From Candidatus Latescibacterota bacterium (GTDB lineage: Bacteria; Latescibacterota; UBA2968; GCA-2709665), in assembly GCA_963662665.2 (NCBI GenBank), contig CAXXJS010000011.1:1-64000 (forward strand): a stretch of DNA of 64,000 bases. The letters run 5' to 3'. Under the pieces are notes generated by a model. That model worked only from the letters and a program-made list of their open reading frames with translations, searched no databases and was not told the origin of the DNA. Position 1 is the first letter of the stretch; every line of letters begins with the position of its first letter. The position numbers and the translations under genes are program-made. Shown here one piece after another: positions 39,360 to 49,009 of this stretch.

Positions 39360-40298
39360 ATGGGTGACGATCAGATTTTCGAAAATAGAATCAACAACTT
39401 CAGTAGAACCGATAATGTAGACGACTTCACGGCGCTCGGACTGGCGATCGTTGCGGAAACCCTGGATATCCTGCACGATCTGCAGGGCAAGGCCAGCGGC
39501 GCCATGGTCATCCGGACGCGGGAGGGCGACTACAAGAACTGGGACGCCGAGATCTTCGGCGTGGACGAAGCCGCGGAAGGGGCCTACATCGGGAGGCTGA
39601 AAGAGAGTACGCATCCCGTCGTCCTGCTTTCCGAGGAAGCCGGTATGGTGGATCTCACGGGCGGCAAGGAAGGCGAAAAGATCTATGGCGTCTCCGATCC
39701 GTTCGACGGCAGCTGGCTGTACAAACGCGGGCTGCCGTTCATGCAATACAGTTCCCTTGCGCTCTTCAATGCCAACTTCGATCACCTTGTTTCCGTCACA
39801 GGCGACGTTTTCAACAGAGATTTGGCGTTCGCCAACGGAAACGGCGCCTTTATGGCCAGGCTGGACGGAAACGCGCTGACCGGCGTGGAGCGGCTGAACG
39901 AAAGCTATCGTAAGGAACGGCACGGAGAACCCGCCTCCGACGTGGGCGACGCGTGTGTGGAATCATACCTCCTTAAACCTGCCAAATTCCTCATGCCGCT
40001 CATCGATGAATACAGGCCGGTCATCGATGCCTTCAAAATGCTCCACCCCAACGGCGGCCCGTACGCTTTTGCAGAGGCCGCGGCCGGGCAGATCGACGTC
40101 TATTTTGCCAGGCAGCAGCCCTACGTGGACGTCTTCTCCGGGATCGCTATCGCTGAACAGGCCGGCCTGATCGTCTCCGATTTCGACGGAAACGAAGTGG
40201 CGAAGCCCACGGAGGATTACGAGACCGTCTTCGACGTTCTGGTGAGCCGGACGCAGGCCCTGCACAATCAAACCCTCGAGAAAATTACGGAATGCTGA
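39360..40298 (+). CDS. Inositol monophosphatase/FBPase (FIG) superfamily phosphatase
   Basis: LSEEAG, SDPFDGS, GQIDVY, YVDVFSG, AGLIVSDFDG. Start could be 39342. Confidence 0.82.
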   Translation: MGDDQIFENRINNFSRTDNVDDFTALGLAIVAETLDILHDLQGKASGAMVIRTREGDYKNWDAEIFGVDEAAEGAYIGRLKESTHPVVLLSEEAGMVDLTGGKEGEKIYGVSDPFDGSWLYKRGLPFMQYSSLALFNANFDHLVSVTGDVFNRDLAFANGNGAFMARLDGNALTGVERLNESYRKERHGEPASDVGDACVESYLLKPAKFLMPLIDEYRPVIDAFKMLHPNGGPYAFAEAAAGQIDVYFARQQPYVDVFSGIAIAEQAGLIVSDFDGNEVAKPTEDYETVFDVLVSRTQALHNQTLEKITEC

Positions 40299-40310
40299 AA
40301 GGAATAGGCA

Positions 40311-41282
40311 ATGGCCATTAACGGAACCGGCACGAAGGACAGTCCGGTCATCGTTACCGAACTGGCGGCCGGCGAGGTACCGGCTGAGTTGAGACCTTCC
40401 AACTTTTTCGACCTCGATAAATACCCGTTCGAACACCGCGCGCTGGTCGACGGCGCCAGGTCGGTCGTGGATCTCATCGGCAAAGACGGGATCGAGAAAT
40501 ACGCCAGGGAATGGCTGGCGGACAAGATCGGTTCGGCGGAAGGCGTGGAAGAACGCACCGGTCTGCCGGGCGTCGGGAACTACACGGTGCTGGTGGAGCC
40601 CGGCGCCGTTTGCGAACCGCTCTTCGTACACGGTGCGCTCGATGGCGAGGGCCATACGCTCTACGTCGCGAACGACGCAAAGGTGGTCGGAGCCGTGATC
40701 TACCTGGACGGAGGGGACGTCTACGTCGGTTCCGGCGCCGTCATAGAGCCGACGGCCGGCGTCAAGGGTCCCACAATTATCGGCCCGAATAACGATATAC
40801 GGCAAGGCGCCTATCTTCGGGGCAACATTGTTCTGGGCGGCCACAAGAAACACGGTGACAACGCCATCCGGGGTGAAATCAAGAACGTCCTCATGCTGGA
40901 CGAAGCCAACTTCCCCCATCCCTCGTATCTCGGCGACAGCCTCTGCGGTTACGCCACCCACTTCGGCAACCAGGCCACGGCCGCGAACCTGGGCATTATC
41001 CAGGGGGTTCGAGATCGCGACAAGCGTGTCAACCTGAAGGTCGAAATCAACGATAATTGGTACGACCTGGGCGGCGCCAAAATGGGCGTCGTGCTGGGCG
41101 ACAGGACGCAACTGGCCTGCGATTCCCTCACGGACCCCGGCACATTGCTGGGGCCGATGTGCATCTCCTACGGCCTCGCCTACGTCAAGGCCGGCTACTA
41201 TCCGGCCGGCACGATGTTCAAGACCAGGTCCGAGCGGGTCGTGGACACGCAGAAAGGCATCTTCGATCCGGACAAGCTGTAA
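40311..41282 (+). CDS. Stand-alone left-handed beta-helix acyltransferase resembling the GlmU C-terminal domain
   Basis: IEPTAGVKGPTIIGPNNDIRQGAYLRGN, EIKN, HPSYLGDS, ANL, KMGVVLGD, PGTLLG; no nucleotidyltransferase domain. Confidence 0.8.
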   Translation: MAINGTGTKDSPVIVTELAAGEVPAELRPSNFFDLDKYPFEHRALVDGARSVVDLIGKDGIEKYAREWLADKIGSAEGVEERTGLPGVGNYTVLVEPGAVCEPLFVHGALDGEGHTLYVANDAKVVGAVIYLDGGDVYVGSGAVIEPTAGVKGPTIIGPNNDIRQGAYLRGNIVLGGHKKHGDNAIRGEIKNVLMLDEANFPHPSYLGDSLCGYATHFGNQATAANLGIIQGVRDRDKRVNLKVEINDNWYDLGGAKMGVVLGDRTQLACDSLTDPGTLLGPMCISYGLAYVKAGYYPAGTMFKTRSERVVDTQKGIFDPDKL

Positions 41283-41464
41283 TTCGCCTTCCAGCCGAGG
41301 TGCGGCGGCATCTTCGCAGAACAGAACGACAACGCCTCTCGAATCCATCAGAAGCGTTGTCGTTTTCTCTTTTCACCCCTTCAGTCCATGGCGCGTCGAA
41401 AGGCGTCCCCCACACCGGCTGGAACAAACCGGTTGCAGGCGCCGGATTCCGGAAGGACAAATGG

Positions 41465-43048
41465 ATGATTGGACAGAAGACCACGCATGAATGGATCCCT
41501 GCGATTCGAGGCCGGAACGACGATCTGATCTCCCGCCTTCGGTCCATCTACGGCAATAGCGAGGAACTTGTCGAAGAACGTCTCGGCGCCCTCCTGGAAA
41601 CCGCGGTGCGATTCAGGGAGGCCTACGGCGACAGGGACGTCAGTTTCGTCAGGGCGCCGGGCCGGTTGAACACGGTCGGGATGCACGCCGACCACCGGGG
41701 CGCCTTCATCAACCCTATCTCCCTGGACAAAGAGATTCTCATCTGTTTTTCCCGGAGAGACGACGGCCGGGTGGAAGTCCGGAATCTAAATTCGGCCTAT
41801 GGAACCCGACGTTTCCATTTGTCCGATACGTATCCGAACGTACCGATCCGTTCGGATGCCGAGTGGCTGGATTGGACGCAGGAAAAAACCGACGAACGCA
41901 AGGCTGCCGGCGTGAACGAAGACTGGGTGACCAAACTTCAAGCGCCGCCGGCCTTCCTGCACACTCGCTATCCCGGGAAGCAACTGCGCGGCTTCGACGG
42001 GGTCATGGGCAGCAGCCTACCCGACATGGGCGGCCTGAGCTCTTCGTCCGCGGTTGTCGTCGCGACGACGGAGATCATGACGCACGTCAACGATATCGAT
42101 CTGGACGACGGGCAGTTCGTGAGGTACGCGGGTACCGCGGAATGGTACGTGGGGACCCGCGGCGGTTTCGGCGACCACGCCGCGATCAAGTGCGGACGTC
42201 TGGGTAAAATCACGCATATGAAGACCCTTCCGGAATTGATGATCGACGCGTACCTGCCGTTCCCCAACGGCTATCAGATCATCATCTTCGACTCTGGTAT
42301 CCAGGCCAACAAAACCGGTGGGGCCGGCCAGAAATTCAACGAAAAGACGGCAACCTACGAGATCGGCGAGATCTATCTCAGAAACTACCTGGAAACCCGC
42401 CATCCGGAAGCCATCCGGGGGGTTGTGGAGGCCAGGAGGGATCTGGATATTGAGAAGAAGTTCCATCTCGGCGACGTCGTGGAATGCCTGGAACAGCCCG
42501 AAATCTACCTGTTGATACAATCCCTGCCGGAACGGATCGACCGGCGCGGGCTGCTGAGCCAGCTTCCGGAGGAGGAACGCTTACTGCAACAGCAGTTCGC
42601 CACCCACGACGAACCGGCGGACGGTTACCGGATTCGCCTGGTCATCGCATACGGCATCTCCGAATCGGCCCGCAGCATGAAGCTGAAGGACGTTCTGAAC
42701 CGGAACCGCGTGGACCTCTACGGCGAATTGATGAACGTCTCCCATGACGGCGACCGCATCGACCTGAACGCGCCTCGATTCGACCCGAAAAAAGACCTCC
42801 AACTCCAGCCGGGCGACTACAATTGCAGCATCCCCGAAATCGATGAGATGGTCGATATCGCACTGGACGCGGGCGCTGAAGGCGCACAGATTTCCGGCGC
42901 CGGACTGGGTGGCAGCATGATGGTCCTGGTATCGACAGAAGGCGTGCAGAGTATCATCGAGGCCATGCGAAACAGGTACTACGAGCCACAGGGGATCGAG
43001 GAACGACTGACCGTTGCGTCTCCCGTTCAGGGGGCAGGGGTGTTGTAG
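41465..43048 (+). CDS. GHMP superfamily sugar-1-kinase (galactokinase-like, altered sugar-binding motif)
   Basis: RAPGRLNTVGMHADHRG, GGLSSSSA, GTRGGFGDH, LMNVSH, YNCSIPEIDEMV, GAQISGAGLGG. Confidence 0.87.
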   Translation: MIGQKTTHEWIPAIRGRNDDLISRLRSIYGNSEELVEERLGALLETAVRFREAYGDRDVSFVRAPGRLNTVGMHADHRGAFINPISLDKEILICFSRRDDGRVEVRNLNSAYGTRRFHLSDTYPNVPIRSDAEWLDWTQEKTDERKAAGVNEDWVTKLQAPPAFLHTRYPGKQLRGFDGVMGSSLPDMGGLSSSSAVVVATTEIMTHVNDIDLDDGQFVRYAGTAEWYVGTRGGFGDHAAIKCGRLGKITHMKTLPELMIDAYLPFPNGYQIIIFDSGIQANKTGGAGQKFNEKTATYEIGEIYLRNYLETRHPEAIRGVVEARRDLDIEKKFHLGDVVECLEQPEIYLLIQSLPERIDRRGLLSQLPEEERLLQQQFATHDEPADGYRIRLVIAYGISESARSMKLKDVLNRNRVDLYGELMNVSHDGDRIDLNAPRFDPKKDLQLQPGDYNCSIPEIDEMVDIALDAGAEGAQISGAGLGGSMMVLVSTEGVQSIIEAMRNRYYEPQGIEERLTVASPVQGAGVL

Positions 43049-43076
43049 GGTGGCATGTCCCACTTGCGACAGAATC

Positions 43077-43113
43077 AAAAAAGAGGAGCCGGAAAATCCG
43101 GCTCCTCTTTTTT
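43077..43113. terminator. Bidirectional intrinsic terminator
   Basis: AAAAAAGAGGAGCCGGA-AAA-TCCGGCTCCTCTTTTTT between convergent operons. Confidence 0.9.
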
Positions 43114-43143
43114 ATTGTGCAACAGCCCGGTAAACCTTCTATT

Positions 43144-43410
43144 TTATGCGACCCGTTCGTCGAAAGCCCGTTCAAGCTCCTTTGCCACCGCCAGCAGAAC
43201 CGCCTGCGGGTCGCCCGGACGCTCCTGCCGTTCGCTCCATTGCCAGTGCGCCAGGTACGCGTCCGTTCCGGCCAGACCCTCCTTCATCGCACGCCGGTCT
43301 ATCGCCTCCTGGTATTTCGACGGCATCTGCCGCGAAACCCGCCGCTTCCCGTGGAACACCCGCACCTGGGCGGGGATGTCTTTCCAGTAGAGTACCTGGT
43401 ATTCGGCCAT
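43144..43410 (-). CDS. Virulence-factor-family small protein (Virulence_fact; commonly beside MTHFR/corrinoid methyltransferase genes)
   Basis: YWKDIPAQV, YQEAIDRRAM..GL.GTDAYLAHW. Confidence 0.82.
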   Translation of the reverse strand: MAEYQVLYWKDIPAQVRVFHGKRRVSRQMPSKYQEAIDRRAMKEGLAGTDAYLAHWQWSERQERPGDPQAVLLAVAKELERAFDERVA

Positions 43411-43413
43411 CGG

Positions 43414-44493
43414 TCACCCATTCTCCCTACGTCCGTTCCCTTCGTCTTGCCGGCTGTCGACGCCGGAAAAATCGCCGCCGCTCCCGTTCTTCCCTTGCTC
43501 CCCGTTCACCATCCGCCGGAAAGCCCGGATATGCGACGGCCCCGTCCCGCAACAACCGCCAACAATGTAGGCGCCCGCGACGATCAGATCGGGGACAGCC
43601 AACGCCATGTCCTCCGCGGTCTGGGTATACGTGGTCCGACCGGTCTTTCGTTCCAGTTGCGGGAGTCCCGCGTTCGGATAGGCCATCAACCGGATCCCGT
43701 TGATGCCCCTCGCCTCGAACGCCTCCCGGAACTGCCGGATCCCATTGATTGCGTAAGACATCCCCGTGTGTTCCACGCGCCGCGTCTCGGCGCCGCAGTT
43801 CATTCCGATGACATGCACGTGATCCAGCAGATTGTCCCCACCCGAAAATTCTCCGGAACCCAGAAAATCCACGAGATTCTCCGCAGAATGCCCCCAGTCC
43901 GTCCGATAGATCACCTCGCCGGTCTTACGGTCCTTTGTATACTTACACGTCAGATTTACGGCAATGGGCAAGCCGGTCTTCCTGGCCACGTCCGCCGCAA
44001 TGGCGGCCTCCTTCGCGGAAAACATGGTCTCGATACAGATCAGGTCCACCCCGGCCGCCGCCAGCGCGTGGATCACCTGCTCGTGCGCGGCCCTCACTTT
44101 CACGTCCGCGATTCCGAAGTCCGTATCCCCCGCGTCCGACTCGATAGCCCCCGGGGACGGGCCGATAGAGCCCGCAATATAGACGTCCTTACCGCTTTTT
44201 TCAGCCGCCGTTCTCGCGTGTTCCATGGCCAGCCGGGCGATCGCCCCGGCCTCGGCCCCCGTTTTGCCCGCCATTTCCAGGTGAAGCGGCGAAGCGACAA
44301 AGGTATTGGTACCTATAACGTCGGTTCCCATTTCAATATAGGCTGAATGGATATCCACCACCGCGGCCGGATGCAGTTCATTCGCCAGCGCGCTGTTCGT
44401 CAATTCGATACGCCCCTTGAACAGCTCCGAGCCGAAACCCCCGTCGTAAACCATTGGCCTGGAATCTTCCAGGCGTTCGAGAAATGTCTTCAT
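43414..44493 (-). CDS. Homocysteine S-methyltransferase domain protein (MetH Hcy-binding module)
   Basis: DGGFGSEL, GTNTF, GSIGP, IETMF, Zn ligands GMNCG and GGCCGT, YPNAGLP. Confidence 0.9.
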   Translation of the reverse strand: MKTFLERLEDSRPMVYDGGFGSELFKGRIELTNSALANELHPAAVVDIHSAYIEMGTDVIGTNTFVASPLHLEMAGKTGAEAGAIARLAMEHARTAAEKSGKDVYIAGSIGPSPGAIESDAGDTDFGIADVKVRAAHEQVIHALAAAGVDLICIETMFSAKEAAIAADVARKTGLPIAVNLTCKYTKDRKTGEVIYRTDWGHSAENLVDFLGSGEFSGGDNLLDHVHVIGMNCGAETRRVEHTGMSYAINGIRQFREAFEARGINGIRLMAYPNAGLPQLERKTGRTTYTQTAEDMALAVPDLIVAGAYIVGGCCGTGPSHIRAFRRMVNGEQGKNGSGGDFSGVDSRQDEGNGRRENG

Positions 44494-44520
44494 TTCCTCC
44501 CTGTTTCCTCCTGTGGTGGT

Positions 44521-45567
44521 TTAACGATACACGTCCAGCGCGCCTTTGCGGTAGGCACGCAGAAAACTCTTGCACATCCGGTCTCTTCCGAGGAGCATAT
44601 CTTCCGCGAGCCGGTAGGGTTCCGTCTCCCGGTCCATGGAAAAAACACTCTGCGGGCTGCTGGTTACCGGATCGATAATCCCGCTGTCCGCACCCGCCTC
44701 GACGGCCAGAATCGTAAACACGTCGTTGATGAGACGCCGGCACGGCAGCCCGAAAGACACGTTGCTGAACCCTCCCGTGACGTGAATCCCGGGTCCGAAA
44801 TCCGCGCGGAGCCGTCGAATGGCCTCGAAGCAGTGGTTGCCGAAACCGCCGTCCACGGAAATGGGAAAGACCAGGGCATCCACGAAGATATCCTCAATCG
44901 CGATCCCCCTGGACAGCGCCGCGTCCACCATACGGGACGCATTGGCGACGCGCTCCGCGGCGTCCTGTGGCATCCCGCTCTCGCCCGCGGCGGTCACGAC
45001 AACCCGCGCGTGGTACCGCCTCGCAAGATCCAGCGCCTCGAGACGTTCCAGCGAGGCCGAATTCAGCAGCGGCCGCCCGGCCCCGCCGTCGCAGGCCTCG
45101 AGCCCCACCTGAATCGTCTCCACGTTGGAGGAGTCCACGGACAGCGGCACCGGGCTGACTTCCTGCACGGCGTCCACCAGCCACCGCATGGCCTTCTTCT
45201 GCTCGTCGAGGCGCAATGAGATTTCATCCACGTTCAGATCCAGGTAATCCGCCCCCGCGTCCACCTGGCGCTGAACCAGCCGGTGCAGGTAGGCCAGGCC
45301 GTCATCCGCCTGTGGCGCCTCGCCGGACATCGCCGCCTGCAGAGCAATCTTGACTTGTTTAACGCGGCCTTCCTCGTAATCCTGCGTCTTCTTGACATCC
45401 TCGGGAATCACCAGGAAGCGCCGTTTCTTCCGGGTGTCATAATAGCGGACGGCTTCCACCCCCTCGCGGTTCTCCACGACGAGCCGTCCCTTTCTGAGCA
45501 CAACCCGGGTGGTATGGATGTTTTCGCCGACAACGACAAATTCGCCGTCCCGGCCGTCCAGTTTCAT
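44521..45567 (-). CDS. Pterin-binding methyltetrahydrofolate:corrinoid methyltransferase (AcsE / MetH folate module)
   Basis: VVGENIH, GADYLDLNV, PLSVDSS, LLNSAS, IFVD, GFSNVSFGLP.R, GIIDP. Confidence 0.88.
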   Translation of the reverse strand: MKLDGRDGEFVVVGENIHTTRVVLRKGRLVVENREGVEAVRYYDTRKKRRFLVIPEDVKKTQDYEEGRVKQVKIALQAAMSGEAPQADDGLAYLHRLVQRQVDAGADYLDLNVDEISLRLDEQKKAMRWLVDAVQEVSPVPLSVDSSNVETIQVGLEACDGGAGRPLLNSASLERLEALDLARRYHARVVVTAAGESGMPQDAAERVANASRMVDAALSRGIAIEDIFVDALVFPISVDGGFGNHCFEAIRRLRADFGPGIHVTGGFSNVSFGLPCRRLINDVFTILAVEAGADSGIIDPVTSSPQSVFSMDRETEPYRLAEDMLLGRDRMCKSFLRAYRKGALDVYR

Positions 45568-45577
45568 CGTGTCCGCC

Positions 45578-47179
45578 TCATTTCACGCGGGCGTGGTGGT
45601 CCCGCTCCAGAAACGCGTTTGCCCAGGCGCTGGTGCCTTTAAGGGCGCCGTCCCTGAAGACCACGGGCCCGTCCAGCATCTTCTCTTCCTCTCCGTATGC
45701 CTTCAGCCGTTCGTAGGCCAGCGACCAGATGCATTCCTTCTCCCCCACTTCGCACTGACCCCCACGGGTCCCGCCGCAGGGACCGTTTCGCTGGTTCTTA
45801 ACGCACTGCGACTCCGGACAGAGGAACGCGATATCCGGCAACGAACAATCGCCGCAGTCCCGGCAGTCGAAGCCCGGTATCTTCACCGCCTGTTCGGCGC
45901 CATGCACCGCCCTGCGGATCCCGCTTCCGGCGCGGTCGACAGCCTCGAAAATCTTTCTGCCGATGCGAAAGGCCGGGCGATCCTTCTCGAAGACCTGTTC
46001 GTGCACGAAACGGTTCATCTTGTAGCCCGCGGAAACGCGACCCCTGCAGGCCCTCAACACGTCTGGTTGTTTTGAATGGCGATACCGGAGGCTGACCTCG
46101 TCCGAACTCAGACCCGTGTCCCTGTCGGGCTCAAAGAAGAAGAACTCTTCCGGCTGGTGGAAGCAAATTTCGGAAACGAAGTCTTTCCAGTCCGCGTTTC
46201 CGAAGCCGCCCGAGATCTCGAGGATCCGCGCAAAGTCCTCGAACTTCAGGTGCCCGCCAAGGTACACGCCGCGATACCCCAGTCCCCTGGCGATCGCGCA
46301 CTGCTTCGCGGCAAACTCCAGGAAGAAGGCCTTGCCCTTATCGCGGGAGCGGGCGTGTTTCCGCGTGAGTTCCAACAATTCGTCGGTTACGATCACGCCG
46401 GGGATATTTCCCGCATGGAAAAATCCGGCCAAGGCGGGGCTCAGCACGTACACGTTTGCAATCGCCGGCGTGCGGAGGCCGTTACGGGCCATGTACTTCA
46501 ACAGTTCGTCCTGCTTGCGGGCGTCGTACCCGATCTGGCTGATGATGAATCCTGCGCCGTTCCTGATCTTTTTCGCAAGTTTGAAATATTGCGGCATCAC
46601 CTCGCGTTCATGTCGCTTGTGGTTGTTTACCACGGCGCCAGGGAAGAATCGGGTGGGCTTGAGGACCTGATCGCCTCTGGCGCCTTCGAAGCGCATCCCG
46701 GAGTTCATGTCCGAAAACATCTTCAACAGGCCCACGGAATCCGTATCGAAAACGCCGCCTGCCTGTCCCCGATATCCACCCGCGGGATAGTCGCCCGACA
46801 GCGCCAGCACGTTTTCGAATCCTTCGCTCGCGAGTTCCCAGCCCCTGCTCAACAGCGCGTTCCGGTTCCAGTCCTTGCACGAAATGTGAATGATCACCTC
46901 TTGTCCTCTGCCCAACAGGTCAATACCCATCGTATCCGGGCTGTTCGTTGCGTTTCCGCCCGGATTGTCGGTGATGCTCAGCGCGTGCACGCCCGGATGG
47001 TCGGAAAGCGCACGTGCGAGGTCCAGAACGTGGCGTCCGCGGCGCTCGGTGATCACGCCCCGGGAATTGACCAGTTCCACGCAGACCACGAACTCGTCGG
47101 TTTCCTCGAGCAGATGGCGCAGGGAGTGCTTCTTCCCGTCACCGCGCGCCGGATTGGATTTTTTGGAAACTATCGCCAT
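45578..47179 (-). CDS. metF: Methylenetetrahydrofolate reductase fused to a C-terminal Cys-rich MetV-like domain
   Basis: SITDNPGG, HISCKDWNR, NVLALSGD, KKIRNGAGFIISQ; C-terminal CRDCGDC...CPESQCVKNQRNGPCGG...CEV...CIW. Confidence 0.87.
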   Translation of the reverse strand: MAIVSKKSNPARGDGKKHSLRHLLEETDEFVVCVELVNSRGVITERRGRHVLDLARALSDHPGVHALSITDNPGGNATNSPDTMGIDLLGRGQEVIIHISCKDWNRNALLSRGWELASEGFENVLALSGDYPAGGYRGQAGGVFDTDSVGLLKMFSDMNSGMRFEGARGDQVLKPTRFFPGAVVNNHKRHEREVMPQYFKLAKKIRNGAGFIISQIGYDARKQDELLKYMARNGLRTPAIANVYVLSPALAGFFHAGNIPGVIVTDELLELTRKHARSRDKGKAFFLEFAAKQCAIARGLGYRGVYLGGHLKFEDFARILEISGGFGNADWKDFVSEICFHQPEEFFFFEPDRDTGLSSDEVSLRYRHSKQPDVLRACRGRVSAGYKMNRFVHEQVFEKDRPAFRIGRKIFEAVDRAGSGIRRAVHGAEQAVKIPGFDCRDCGDCSLPDIAFLCPESQCVKNQRNGPCGGTRGGQCEVGEKECIWSLAYERLKAYGEEEKMLDGPVVFRDGALKGTSAWANAFLERDHHARVK

Positions 47180-47224
47180 GCGAATATGCTCGTGTTGTTA
47201 CGCGGCACTCGTGTCCGGTCCGGA

Positions 47225-47370
47225 GGCCCCTCCCCCGGCCCCTCGAAGGCGGGGAGAGGGCAGACGGAAGAGGGTAGAGATTACCTGCCTTGTGAGGTTT
47301 CCTTTCGTGCCGGAGGCAAGAAGGAATAACATGCAGGGCGAAGATTTCCTCTACCGGCTTCCCTCTTACT
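47225..47370. repeat. Dispersed intergenic repeat (family D), inverted copy inside the methyltransferase operon
   Basis: Reverse complement aligns with 7330-7476. Confidence 0.68.
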
Positions 47371-47371
47371 T

Positions 47372-49004
47372 CTACCCGATTCTTCCGCTTCTCGAAACAG
47401 GCATGGGCTTGAACTGGCAGCCTTCCACGAACACCTCGAAGAAATCCGGTGTCGTCTCGAGCTCGACGTGTTCGATCTCTTTCACCAGCGCCTCCACGTG
47501 CGCCCGTTTTTTCCCGCGAGAGCAACACCTCACGCGCTCCCTGCACCGCCGCGTTCCCGATCTTCACCACGCGGTCTTCGTCGACCGGCGCCAGGAACCC
47601 GATCTCGATCGCATTCCGGACGTCCACGTAATTCGCGAATCCTCCCGCCAGGTAGAGCGTGTCGATATCTTCCGGACCGACCCCGAGGTGTCGCATCAGG
47701 ATGAACTGCCCGCAGAAATTCGCAGCCTTGGCCTGGGCCAGATTGCTGGCGTCTTCGCGCGACAGCGTGATCCCGTAATCCGAAACAACCGGTATCTCAA
47801 AGGACCGGTCCGCGAACATCCCCTTCGGCGCCATGAGATCGTGCCGCCGGAGTTCCGCGAGCAGATCGATCAACCCGGACCCGCATATTCCCTCCGGATC
47901 GACGTTTCCGATGGTCTGGAACTGGAACAAGCCGTCCTCCAGGCGGATCGACTCGATGGCGCCTTCATGGCCGGGCATCCCGAACCGGACCAGCCCGCCC
48001 TCGAACGCGGGCCCGGCCGGACAGGAGGCGGTGAGAAGCCGGCCGTTACATGCGACCACCACCTCGGTATTGGTCCCTACGTCCACCAGCATCACCACGC
48101 CATCCTGTGACGTCAGGTCCGTCGCCACGAGGTCCGCCGCGGTATCCGCCCCAACGTGGCTGGCGATCAGGGGCAACCCGTAGACCCTCGCCTTCGGATT
48201 GGCGCGAAGACCCAGGCGCCGGGAACCCTCAAACAGCGACGTCGTCTCCCGTTCGCCCAGCAGACAGGCATGCTCCACGCCTGACTTGTACGGTCTCTGG
48301 CCGATGCTCTGCACGTCCAGCTTGAAAAAGATGTCCCGCATCGTGGAGTTCGCCGCGACAACCACCTCGTAAATTTCCTGGCGCGCAAACCCGAAGCGTT
48401 TTCCCAGTTCGAGGATTTCGTGGTTGATCGCGCTGACAACGGCCTTCTGCAGTTCGCCCTGAAACTCCCCGTCGTATGAGATGCGGTGCATTACATCGCT
48501 GCCGCCGAAACGCTGCGGATTCTCGAACGAACTCACGTGGATGCTTTTTCCGGTGGCCAGGTCCACAAGATCCATCACCACCGTTGTCGTGCCCAGGTCG
48601 ATCGCGATGCCGAACACGTGGCCACGATACCTGTCAACGGCCGCGCCGTCATAATAAACAACGTCCCCCCGGCGCGTGACCAGGGGGTCCGGATCGATTG
48701 GTCTTTCCAGGGTACTGGATAGAATCTTGGGCTTGCGTCTCAGCGGCGAGAACTCGATGTCGGCCCCGGCGTCTTCAATCACCGCCTGGCAGGCGAGGCG
48801 GTAGTTCTCCCGCAGGAACGACTCCACGTCGTTCCTGGGCCCCAGCGCGTCCATGCCGCGCCTGATTTCAACCACGCACTCGTGGCAGTGCCCCATACGC
48901 CCGCAAGACGTGGGCACCTGCACCGCCAGTTCATCCGCATAGTCGAAAACCGTCTTCCCGGCAGCCAGCGTCTTCCTGTTCCCCTCGTGAGTTATGGTAC
49001 CCAT
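47372..49004 (-). CDS. ATP-dependent reductive activator of corrinoid proteins (RACo/RamA type; 2Fe-2S + ASKHA/DUF4445), about 543 aa after correcting one +1 frameshift
   Basis: TSCGRMGHCHEC...RLACQ, AIDLGTTTV, NPQRFGGSDV, VDVGTNTE, AGPAFEG, GICGSG, LAGGF, GNAAVQGA. Removing one base of the T6 run at 47507-47512 gives the expected IEHVELETTPDFFEVFVE ending. Confidence 0.9.
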
Positions 49005-49009
49005 GCGTT

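Noticed and set aside
41057-41464. N-terminal extension of the sugar kinase, suggesting a fusion with the acetyltransferase
   Set aside because: Different frame from the acetyltransferase and low complexity; an RBS (AAGGA) precedes the ATG at 41465.
43144-43410. Evidence of pathogenicity from the virulence factor family name
   Set aside because: The name is historical; the gene context is one-carbon metabolism.
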